Source: Eremomyces bilateralis CBS 781.70 | Taxonomy: Eukaryota | Assembly (NCBI GenBank): GCA_010015585.1 | Contig: ML975159.1 | Direction: 5' to 3' (one strand) | DNA length: 64,000 nt | Part shown: one piece after another, positions 11,013-21,578 of the stretch | Layout of the letters: every line of letters begins with the position of its first letter | Position numbering within the stretch: position 1 is the stretch's first letter | Notes under the pieces: model-generated | What the model was told of the DNA's origin: nothing | What the model saw: only the letters and a program-made list of their open reading frames with translations | Database searches by the model: none | Position numbers and translations under genes: made by a program

Positions 11013-14000
11013 ATGACTGAGCAGGCGACGTTCATGGCTCAGGCGAGCGCAGGTTCGGCCTCTGGACCGGGCTCCGCGACATCCGCAGCCCACCCGAGTT
11101 TTAGAAGGTGAGTGATCCGCGTGGAGGGAGATCGTATAGATGCGGTTTTAAGGCCATCGGATTTTCTAACGACGTGGTTGAATGTATGCAGACAACGCGC
11201 TTCAAGAGCTTGCGAGGTATGTACGATCCACTCATGACGCCCTTTGTGGGATGATGCCTCGGTGCCGAGGCCACCGTTGAGAATTGCTTCAACTCGCTGA
11301 ACAATGAACCATCGATTCGCTGACTCTTTTGGCCACTTGAACAGACTTGTCATGCACGAAAAGTAAGTCGCTCCAACCTGATACGTTCCCAAATGACGAC
11401 CTGCCGGATCCTGACCGTCGATTCAGGTGCGATGCGATGCCGCCAGCCTCGGAGTTCCATGCACAAACTGCACCGCCTTTGGCATCGAATGTCGAATACC
11501 GACTCCGAAACGAAAGAAACCTCCGTCGAAAAGAGATGGCGACAGGTACACCAACCCGGAAATCGGGTAGCGGTGGATGCTGACAGAAACAGGGACAGCG
11601 ACCAAACCGACGAACGATCCCCACAAGCCTCAGAATCACCTGGATCACTCGCGCATCGCGACAAAGCGGGCTACAACACCTTGGATGGGACCCCATCGAC
11701 CAAGGTGGACGATGCCTACGCCGCCCAACTTGCCACACACAATGGGACCTACGTCCAATTCATGAAACCGAAATTCGCACGAGCACCGATCAAAGAAGCA
11801 GGCAGGGTCGCATATCTGGGAGAATCGTCGAATTTGACCTTACTAGTGCACGATCGATACGGCTCTACCGATGTCGTTCATTATCCGCTCCCCGACAACG
11901 TGCGAGGCGCGAAAGCCCGAGTCAGCGACTTGGATAACATGGAAGTCGAGATATTGCACCAACGGGGGGCCTTTCTCCTGCCACCTAGGGCGCTATGCGA
12001 CGAACTAGTTGAAGCATACTTCAAATGGGTGGCGCCAGTGGTGCCAGTGATCAACCGGAACAGGTTCATGCGACAATATCGAGATCCCAAAAACCCGCCA
12101 TCATTACTCCTATTGCAAGCTATCCTCCTGGCTGGATCCCGCGTTTGCACAAATTCGCAATTGATGGACTCCAGTGGCTCAACCACTCCAGCGGCAATGA
12201 CATTCTACAAGCGAGCAAAAGCCCTGTACGACGCGAACTACGAGGATGACAGAGTCACTATTGTTCAAGCCGTCATCCTCATGGGATGGTATTGGGAAGG
12301 CCCTGAAGGTGAGTGGGCTGCGTACTCTGATTTTGGGTGTGAATCTGACTGGTAGTAGATGTGACGAAAAATGTCTTCTACTGGAGCCGGGTCGCAATTG
12401 TCGTTGCACAAGGGTCGGGGATGCACCGAAGGTATGACCACGCCCCCTCTTTGCGAAGGACGATTCTCACCCAGCTTTAGCGTCGAAGGAACACAACTCA
12501 CTCGATCCGACAAGCGGCTATGGAAACGAATTTGGTGGACCCTGTTCGCTCGTGATCGGTCGGTTGCCGTTGCGCTGGGAAGGCCAGTTGCCATCAATCC
12601 TGAGGACTCCGACGTCGAGATGATATCGGAAGACGACTTCATCGAGGACGAGCCAGATCGACCCTCCGAATTCGCACCTGATCCAGTTCATGTCCAGTTT
12701 TTCATTCATTACGTCAAACTTTGTGAGATTATGGGTCTTGTCCTTTCTCAGCAGTACTCTGTTGCGTCGAAGTACAGACGGACGAACGCCATCGATCTTA
12801 CGCACAGCGATATGGCTCTTGCCGACTGGCTCCAGCACTGCCCCAAAGAAGTGTACTGGGAGCGGCCGCGGCACCACTTCTGGGCTGGCTTGTTGCACGC
12901 CAATTATTAGTATGGGACTCTTCCATCCTTTCTAGATATCAGCACTAATGTTTCGGTCTAGTACGACGCTCTGCCTGCTACACAGAGCACATATGCCTCC
13001 TGCCGGATCTCCCAAACCGGGCCCGCAGAACGGTTTCCTGGAAGAGAGAGCATATCCATCGAGGAACATTGCGTACGAAGCGGCGGGAATGATCACCTCG
13101 ATCATTGAAAGCTTGCAAGCCCATGACGAATTGAGATATACCCCTGCGTTCATGTGAGTATGACCGATACCATACCTGCCAATCTTTTCTGACTCCTTGA
13201 TAGTGTCTATAGTCTGTTCTCTGCTTTGATTATGCACGTCTACCAAATGAGATCATCAAACAAGTCGGTCGTTTCTGCTACTGAGCAAAGACTTCAAGTT
13301 TGTATGAACGCCCTCAAGGAGGTTTCCAAGGTCTGGCTTGTAGCGAAGATGGTACATACTCTCTTCGAATCCATCCTTGGGAACAAACTCCTCGAGGAAC
13401 GTCTCCAAAAGGCGGCTGGCAAACGACACAAAAAGCAACCGAAGATGAAGGAAGATCCTTCGACGTCGAAGCGGAAATTTCATGACATGGATGTGGGTTT
13501 CAATGGTCCGCCTGCCCCGCAAGTTTCTTACGAGCGCTCGCGCCCACAGACTCCATCCGGTGTCCCAGCGCCACAAGAAGAGCAACCGCAGGCAGCACCG
13601 CAGCAAGCGCAGTCCGGTGCTTCCCAGCAAACGATGCCAACCATCACATCCGCTTCGCCCCATCTGCCACGACAGAACACTGATGCGTTCATGGGCGGAC
13701 CGACGAACTCTCGTGGCGATACGCGTCCTACCACTCCTTTCAACCCCAGCTTCTCATACCCGGGGACCCCACCCGACCTCTTCCTCGTCACGCGCAACTC
13801 GCCGAACATCTCGCACGACGTCTGGCAGAACTTCCAGCCCGACCAGCTCTTCCCCGCCGACACCGTCTCGTTCCCGCAGATCTCGCCGGCCACACAGTCG
13901 ATCGTCGATCCGCAGCTGTCCCGCCAGCAGTCCATCCCGCAGCATATTCAAATGCAACCTGGCGGCAGCCAGATGCCCACTCAGCAGCAGATGCAGAATG

Positions 14001-14300
14001 ACATGCAGATGAACCCCGGGATGACGCCGCACCAGAACGATCCGCAGAGTTGGAACACCCACGTCGATGCGATGAACCAGGGATCGGGGAATGAGGATAC
14101 CTGGAGTAACAGTAGTCGGGGTGGCCCGATTGTGCCTATTGCCTTGAATGTGGAAGACTGGTACGTTATATTTTCCCGCTCAACACTGATCTGAGCATCC
14201 GTGGCTTGTTCTGCCTCTTCTTGAATGATTCTAACCCACATGAAAAAGGTTCCATTTCTTCGGGATTCACGGCGATGCAAATGGCCTGAACGGGTTCTAA
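11013..14300 (+). CDS. farA: Zn(II)2Cys6 fatty-acid/cutinase regulator FarA (CTF1-alpha orthologue); exons 11013-11107, 11192-11216, 11345-11362, 11427-11545, 11593-12308, 12359-12431, 12481-12909, 12962-13153, 13204-14160, 14249-14300
   Basis: Spliced cluster HPSFRRQRASRACETCHARKVRCDAASLGVPCTNCTAFGIECRIPTPKRKK. Conserved blocks FMKPKFARAPIKEAGRVAYLGESSNL, WEGPEDVTKNVFYW, DKRLWKRIWWTLF and the C-terminal LNVEDWFHFFG. All nine introns are GT-AG and keep the frame. Confidence 0.93.
11256..11271. promoter_or_regulatory. Perfect palindrome GCCTCGG-TG-CCGAGGC (two CCGAGG FarA-type motifs) inside farA intron 2
   Basis: Read directly from the sequence. CCTCGG/CCGAGG is the established FarA/FarB/CTF1 core binding motif. 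Function here is inferred. Confidence 0.45.
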
Positions 14301-15644
14301 TGCTTATGCTATCACGGAAAAGCACCATGGTCGTCAAGAAACGGGCCTAATCAGTCGATTTATGTGTACATCGACGAATTCGGCTACGCGAGTCCCGAGG
14401 CCATGGTTCATCGCCACCGGACCACCTCTCGATTGGAATTCATTTCATCCGAGCCGCCGAAGTTGAGATTGCAATCGTGATACAGGACATGCTCATAACC
14501 CAAAAGATGGAAAACGGAAGAATCACGCTATCCTTACTTCCGGTCTGCCGAGACTGAGATTTGTCACCTCCCCCGTGCTCTTCGTTGTCCCCATTCGGAG
14601 CGAACCCTTCACGAACAGCTGGTTCCCGGAATCCCCCAAAAAAATTCTGCTGACAATATTCTCTCGTGGCGAAATATGGAATATGCAATTGATATATATG
14701 CGCTCTTTTTACGGTTTGATATTTGGAAATATCCGCAAGTGAGGTATATGGATTATGGGGTCGCTCATTATGGACAATCTAGTTAATGCTGCACGAGAAA
14801 TGATGGGGGAGTCCACTCGCGTTTCCATGCGGTCATTCCGTTTCATTTTCAAACGATTGCGTTCGACGTTCTTCTGCACAAAATTGCAAGGTTTTCAAAT
14901 GTATGATATATGTACGCTCGGTCCGAGCCAGATGAGAATGCCAATAGTTTCGGTTGGTATCAATATCACCCGATGACCTCCACTGAATATCGTGAAGCGC
15001 TTCAGGGGGTCTCCTTGTCATTTCATTGTTCCACAATGGTTCCGCAGAACCATGTTACATACAAGTCGTTCAGACGGATCGGATCTTGTGCGTGAGAGAT
15101 CGGACAGGAGATATGTGCGAGCTCCAGTTCATGTAACGCCGGCTGCGCTGCCGATCACCCTGGACGTTCCAAATCAATCAGCGGTTCAAGGCTGAGCTGA
15201 ATCTTCCCTCGCTAATCCCTATCGGCGTGATCGCACAACATGGTGACCGTGCTTCGAGGATCGATCAGAATGCCATGGATTAAGATCGCCCCTTTATTCC
15301 TGGTAGCGACCCGAGGCCCGTAGTTCACTCGTAACGCATCTCCCGTTTCCTGACGAAGGGGTGGTCGGTAGATGAAGCGCAGAAGACTGAGTTCGGTATT
15401 GTACAGATGGGCCAGTCGTGAGATCTGCATCGCAGTGCCATGGTGGCTGTTGGATGAAGTAACAGTAGGTCTCATGCTTTGGTGTTTGTGTGGACTTGAA
15501 ACCATCCTCATTGCCGATGTGTTGCGCCCAGCTGACGCACTGTACCAAGTCGGGCAGCTCAAAGGTCGAGTGGCGAATCCATTCGAGGTACTAGATTCCA
15601 TAAAACGGTATTGTTCGAAGGTATCAAACATCGTTTACTGAATA

Positions 15645-18600
15645 TTACAGAGCCCATTCGCTATGGTCGTCGGTAGGAAGCACAAATGGCTCGTCAATGC
15701 GCTTGACGGCCATTTCACTGCACAAAACACTGCGACAAATCAGTACCAGTCCGTTAAATGCAACTGATCGGTGTGACTCACCAAGCACTCGCGACAAGCG
15801 CGTCGAGTTCTTTGATCAGCTTCTCCCGGCTCGCGCCTAGACTCGTCCCTTTACTCACTTCCACCTGTAGTTCTCGGATACGGCGACTGCGACCAATGCC
15901 TGCCTGTTCGACTACCATATTCCCTAGACAATCTCCGTGGAACGCATGCTGGCACGCGAAAACGAAGAACTGCCTGGATAGCAACGGCAGCCTGCAGATA
16001 TAGCATCGCTCCCCGGGTTCAACGATTGCATATCGTTGGTCGAGTGCCTTGATGTCGGTCTTGATGTGCTGAGCAGTCACGGCGCTTTCGTCCATCTCTT
16101 TCTTGAGCTCGTCGATATGCCGGGAATATTCTTCCAGAGCTACACAGATCTCTTCCTTGAAGTCGTCGATGACGACAAAGTCAGGAAACAACGGAATAAG
16201 GTCTTCAATCCGCAGCAGCTCGCAGCGCTTCAGGAACTCGATCGCGGTCTTGACGCCGCTCGACTCGGAGATTACCTTCTTGGCGACGGCGAGCCAGAGT
16301 TTGCGGCGAAGGCCCGGGTTGTTGATGGGTTTATCTGCAATGGAGCTCGCTAGCTCGATGGCGTCATGCTTGAGTGCTAAATCGACCGCTTGGACATACT
16401 GGCCCATTGAGTTGTAGATGTGTACACATGAATGCACTCGTTTGTGCTGAATACAAAGCCGCAGAGCAAAGTCCGCGTCGTAGTTTTGTTCCTGCGCATA
16501 CGATTGTGCTTCAAGGTATGTCAAAAGGGCGGACTCATCTTTCGAAGGATGAGCAGCGTAGATGGATATGAGAGTATTGTGGATCGCGGCGTCAATGGAT
16601 TGACGTTGGTTGATCTCATAGGAGAGGTAGCGGATCGCCTGATTCTGGCTTAACGGGACATCGGCAAGTTTGTTGTAGTTCAGCAGCGCAGGAATGAGCC
16701 GCCTTGCCTCGAGATTGGATTGTCGCATCAGGATATCAACCGTCTCCACTGGCACATTCGCCATGAGCACAGTGCTGTACTTATAGAAGATCTCCGGTTC
16801 GGTTTGCTTTCTTAGGACAGCGAGACTTTCAGCCCATCTTTCCCTTTGAACCCAGTAAGAGAGCACATAGTTGTAGTCATTCACAACCGTAGCAAAGTGC
16901 AGGAGTTCCTCCTCCCTGCCATGGCTGCTGATGATATCATACGTGGTCTTCGGATCTAAATCTGCCTTGTGCCGTAACACAAAGTCTTGAAACTCACGGC
17001 GGATGACGGCAAGCTGATCTTTGCTATCTGCAGTGTTCATACCCTCGGTGAGTTCGGCTTTCGAAGTGATGGCATCATCTAGGGTATTCAACTTTGCCAT
17101 ATAAATCTCGATGAGCCAAGTCGCCAGCATGATTCGCTGCATGGTCGACGTTCGCTTCATCATGGAAAGCTTCGTGGTCAGGTATGCGCGGAGCGCGTCT
17201 TGCTCGCCATTGTCTATGAAAGTCAATGCGACTTGTTCGAAGGGTTTCGAACTTCTCCCGTAGACGGTGGCTGCTTCCAGATATTGGCCTTTCTGTACAA
17301 GATAATCTCCCGATGCGGTCGCCACTGCGTCCTTTTCGGTGGCACTCTTTGCATGTTGCGATGCGGCCTCGAATTGCTGTTGTTTGAGGAGGATTTTCCA
17401 AATATCGCGGCCTTCGTCATTCGCAACGATTTCGAATATAGTTTGCTCAGTGAACAACCAGAACGTGTTCTTGGTGAGATCAGCAACGAGACCCAGTGCC
17501 TTCTCATCTTGCTCCAGAACCGGTTGGTCGTAGACAACCGAGTGGTCGAGCTGGTTAATCGCAACAATTCGCCCCTCCACGAGTTGAAGGATGTGCCACT
17601 GGCTGAGCATCGTCGATGAAATAGTCGGGTAATTGTTCTTTCTGCGGCCACTCGTACCTGGCAGAGGAATCTGGTTTCTTGCAAGTAGTTTTGACTCCGC
17701 GAACACTTTATTGCCAAGACTCCCGATGTCATCTGAAGCGGAGAGCTTGCCGTGCAAGATACCCTGCGAGGAAAGCCAGGCGTATAATCTTTCGTAGCCT
17801 TCTGTTATTGATAAATACATCTCCTGGGGTTGTGGCGATACTGTCAAGGAAGACGGTGCTGTTGAGCTCGCTTGGGCTGCTTCGGACACGGCGGGGTGTT
17901 CGCTATCGAATAGCTTGGAGAAGATGGATCCGCTTCCTTCATGACCATGCCTCCCGGCCTTTCCCACGAAATGAAGAAGTCTATTGGGAGTTGCGACAAG
18001 GACTCTCCTTGTGTCCGCCCTGCCTGGTACCATTTCGGTGAAAAGGCCCGTTACAGGGCCGTCGGGGCATTTATAGACCTGTTTGAGATACTTCTCTTCC
18101 CTGCGATAGAACTCCTGGGATGGCTCGATGTATACTTCATACACATTTCCATCTCCTGATCCAATCAATATTTCCCTGGTCGACGCGGTTGGGTTCGAGG
18201 GACTCCACGCAACACATTCTATTGGGACTCCCTTCAGCCGGGAGAGCACTTTCGGCTGCCGGGATTGTGAATGTAGATAGAAGTTCTCGCTGAGGGAGGT
18301 AGTGATGATCAAGTGGGATGCGGTCGGATCCAGGAACATGAGACGGATGACGCCAATTTCGGAAGCCTTCTTGGGAAGATCAATATCTGGAAGACAGTCA
18401 ATCCTAGGCCCTTCCGCAGTCCAAGTGTTTGCACCTACCGTCAATGTCCTCGGGGCTATCGAGGTCTATCCGCAATATCCTACCAGAAGACAGGGCAAGA
18501 ATGAGGACATTGTCGGCCACCTGTGCGGCGACAAAGTCGGATGAGACATCAAACTGCAACGATACCCGTTCGACATTGAATATTGGAAGACTCGTCTCGG

Positions 18601-18652
18601 AGAGCTCCTGCATGGCGGTTGGATAACTGACTGCGGCAGCGTGGAAGGCCAT
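15645..18652 (-). CDS. VPS18: Vacuolar protein sorting protein Vps18/Pep3 (HOPS/CORVET; DigA); exons 18652-18439, 18386-15782, 15729-15645
   Basis: N-terminal Pep3/Vps18 region (MFLDPTASHLII), clathrin-repeat-like region, LRIEDLIPLFPDFVVIDDFKEEIC, and a C-terminal RING-H2 CYIC...FFVFACQHAFHGDCL...ACVLCSEMAVKRIDEPF completed by splicing. Confidence 0.95.
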
Positions 18653-18940
18653 GTCTATTCGAAGAGGCGGGTGAAGCTCACGATAGCGTGGCTTGTGGAT
18701 AGAGACATATCACAAGTGGCGGTTATTGCATTCGCTAGCTTGTAAAGACATTGATGGCAACAGCTCATCTGGAGCTGTAGTGGAAGGTCGGATAATAGCT
18801 CATCGATGGTCTGGAGCTATTGCTCAGTGAGGAGAGTGAGGTCAGGGTCAGCAGGCATTAAGGCAGCAGTTTAGGCAGCCTCCGCGGTGATTATCGCCTC
18901 ATGTCCTCGTCACCCTGCCTGCGTGTTATGTAAGGCAGAA

Positions 18941-18988
18941 GCAGCGATTAAGGCAGCAATTAGGGCAGCGATTAAGGCATAAATTAAT
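18941..18988. repeat. Four tandem 12-bp units (consensus GCAGCRATTAAG), with further TAAGGCAG-like copies at about 18857-18879 and 18931
   Basis: Units are gcagcgattaag / gcagcaattagg / gcagcgattaag / gcataaattaat, about 300 bp upstream of the VPS18 ATG. Confidence 0.7.
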
Positions 18989-19102
18989 CGCAATACTAAG
19001 TCAGCGTTCGTCCAACTACAGGTGCCATTAGCGCATATATCTCCTCGCTAATCACGTGAGGTGCCACGATATTTCACCGGACGACTTAACGGAAATTGGG
19101 AT

Positions 19103-19134
19103 GATGATCCTTCGATGATCCTTCGATGATCTTC
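19103..19134. repeat. Short tandem repeat, about 3 copies of GATGATCCTTC
   Basis: gatgatccttc gatgatccttc gatgatcttc, read directly. Confidence 0.7.
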
Positions 19135-19941
19135 GATTACCGGGGCGGAATGCAGCCATTGAGATCCAATCAAGTGAATCGTGATAGCCTAGAAAGTGGG
19201 AACATACTACATGTACAGTAAGTCAATGAGACCAACGGTCAGCGCTTAAGTTAACAATAGTAATAGATTCGCTCAATTGCTGATCACTGTTAAGTGGTAA
19301 CACCACCGTCCAACATCAACACTGTTCCAGGCGAACCTGGATTATTGCACTTGTTTCGTCTTCGAAGCATTACCATTTTTTCACTATAAGTAAGAGTATT
19401 ACCGTACTGATGATTGCATTTTGATTTTCGATGCCCGAATTTAATATGTATGGTGTTATTATATCATGGGCTGCGCAACAAGTCTGATTTTAGCAGAGGT
19501 CGAACTTATGCCACATGTGTGTATGTGAGCAGGTGGCACCTCACCATGTGCATGTTCTTCAATCTTCAGAGTTCAGCCCTGGGCCGTGGCCCATCCCGTA
19601 TCCGAGGGTCAGTGTTGAATCCGCGCCTTACGAGATTCAATTATGGTGGGGCAACTTTATATGTGTCAACTGTGTACTGTGTAGCGTGTACGGATACGCC
19701 GTACGGAATACAGTGCAGAGATGACCCGAGGGTGGGGCCAAGCCGCCCAGCTAGGGGCATTGACGGTGCTGCGTACGTAGTACATTCTACCATGGAGACC
19801 TCCCGGCCCCCCCTCCTGGAACTGATCTAGGGGCCGAATCCTTCTCCACAGCCCCCTAAACGCTGACTTCGTGCATCGGTAACTGTTCGATGACGGATAT
19901 GATCAACAGCAACGGTGAGACTCTGGAGAGTGGAAACTCAG

Positions 19942-19983
19942 CCGTGTAACTTTGCACCTCTACCGTGTGACTTTGCGCCCCTA
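19942..19983. repeat. 21-bp direct duplication upstream of the lectin-like gene
   Basis: ccgtgtaactttgcacctcta / ccgtgtgactttgcgccccta. Confidence 0.65.
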
Positions 19984-20106
19984 TATTCTTTCTTCCTCAT
20001 CAAAATATGCATCGAGCAGCAACAGTTCCCACCGTCCCATCGTCTTTCACTGTACGACTGAATTGAGTGAAAACATAATCGATCCCGTTCGCCTTACTTA
20101 GGAGCT

Positions 20107-21257
20107 ATGAGTACGTCCGACGGGTCTCAGACCTTCGACAGTAATACTTGGTATCATCTCACGGAAACTCGTGTCGACGATGACCCGACCGAACAGTTCA
20201 AGTCGTCCTTGCAGATATTAGACGAGGGCGGCCTTCGAGTTTTCCAATGGAAAGTGCTAGGAGACAGCAGCAACCCGCACTTGTGGCAGTTTCAACCTAT
20301 CGACAATATTCCGAATCGATATCAGATCCGCAACGGCAAAACCACTACCCGCCGACAACTGTCGGTATGCTTTAATCCAAATGAGGAAGATAAAAGCAAA
20401 TCACGACCATGTATGGCTGAGTCGGCGAATGTGGATGAGCAAAAATGGGAGTTCATCCCATGGGGCGACGTCATTGGATCGTACAAGATCATAAATGCGA
20501 AGAATGGGAGCGATTACAACGTGGATGTGCATCCCGGAAGTGCGCTTTTTATGTCCAGCGACCTAGACGAATCGGTACCGAGACCAGCGCAGCGATGGCT
20601 GATATCGAGCTACACCACTGTCAATGATGGCATATATTCGACAACAGTCGTAGGGGTAAGTCTCACCATCGTGATGATCTTTTGGATCAGGTTTGACCAG
20701 GAATATAGGGCTCGAAAACCGCATCCTCTTCTCCTGCATCCACAAGTGCCATACCAACCACTACCTCTCCATCGCCCGAATCAACTTCAACCGAGCCGGC
20801 CGCCGAGCCGGCCGCCGAGCCGGCCGCCGAGCCCGCCTCCGAGAGTTCATCTTTGTCAGCAGGCGCAGCAGCTGGTATCGGGGTTGGCGTGGGTCTTGCC
20901 GTGATATTCGTTGTGCTTGGCGCGCTGTTTCTGATATGGCGCAGGCGTGGAAAGAAAAAGGCGGGGGCAGTCGTCGAATTGGAGAGTCCAGCCAACCCGG
21001 AGGCGCCTCCTGCTGAACCAAAGCCCGCCGCCTTCGGGTATTACTCTCCTGGCTCCGACACGGAGAAAAAGACCGCAACTGTGCCGCTGCAGGAGGTGGA
21101 AGGCTCGCAAGTGCAGGAGATGGAGGGATCAAAACCGGATGCCGCGCCCGCGTCCCAACCTCTCTCGCCCGCACCCCAAACTCTCTCGCCCGCATCCCCT
21201 CAACAAACCCCTCAACAAACTGTCTCGTCTGAATCCCCCCAACGTTTCTCAACCTAA
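20107..21257 (+). CDS. Single-pass membrane protein: ricin-B/beta-trefoil-like domain, S/T/P-rich stalk, TM helix and cytoplasmic tail; exons 20107-20655 and 20709-21257
   Basis: Intron GTAAGT(20656)..TAG(20708) joins the two ORFs in frame. Three QxW-type repeats (PHLWQF, EQKWEF, AQRWLI), the first two followed by Y-x-I-x-N. TM segment LSAGAAAGIGVGVGLAVIFVVLGALFLIW is followed by the basic stretch RRRGKKK. Confidence 0.8.
20793..20840 (+). repeat. Coding 12-bp tandem repeat (EPAA x3 + EPAS) in the stalk
   Basis: gagccggccgcc x3 followed by gagcccgcctcc. Confidence 0.8.
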
Positions 21258-21578
21258 ACATTAAGTTTCTCCTTCACACCCCCCCTCTCTCGGGCGCTGT
21301 ACATATACCTTGCCACGCATTTACATCTGGGAGCACGGCATTGCGTGTGGTCCTAGGGATACCCCACGGTTCCATGTGAGGAACACTAGTCAGAATACAC
21401 TGGTAATGGAATTAGGAGCTTCAAGTGGTGTTATAATTGCAGATTTCGGATTGCTTGAAACAGGAGACGCTTTCGCTAAAATGCTACATTCATGCCGGAT
21501 TGTGATCTTTGCACGCCCATTCATTCCCAGGGATATATTTCAAACACATATTCCTCAGACATAACGAATCCAATCATA

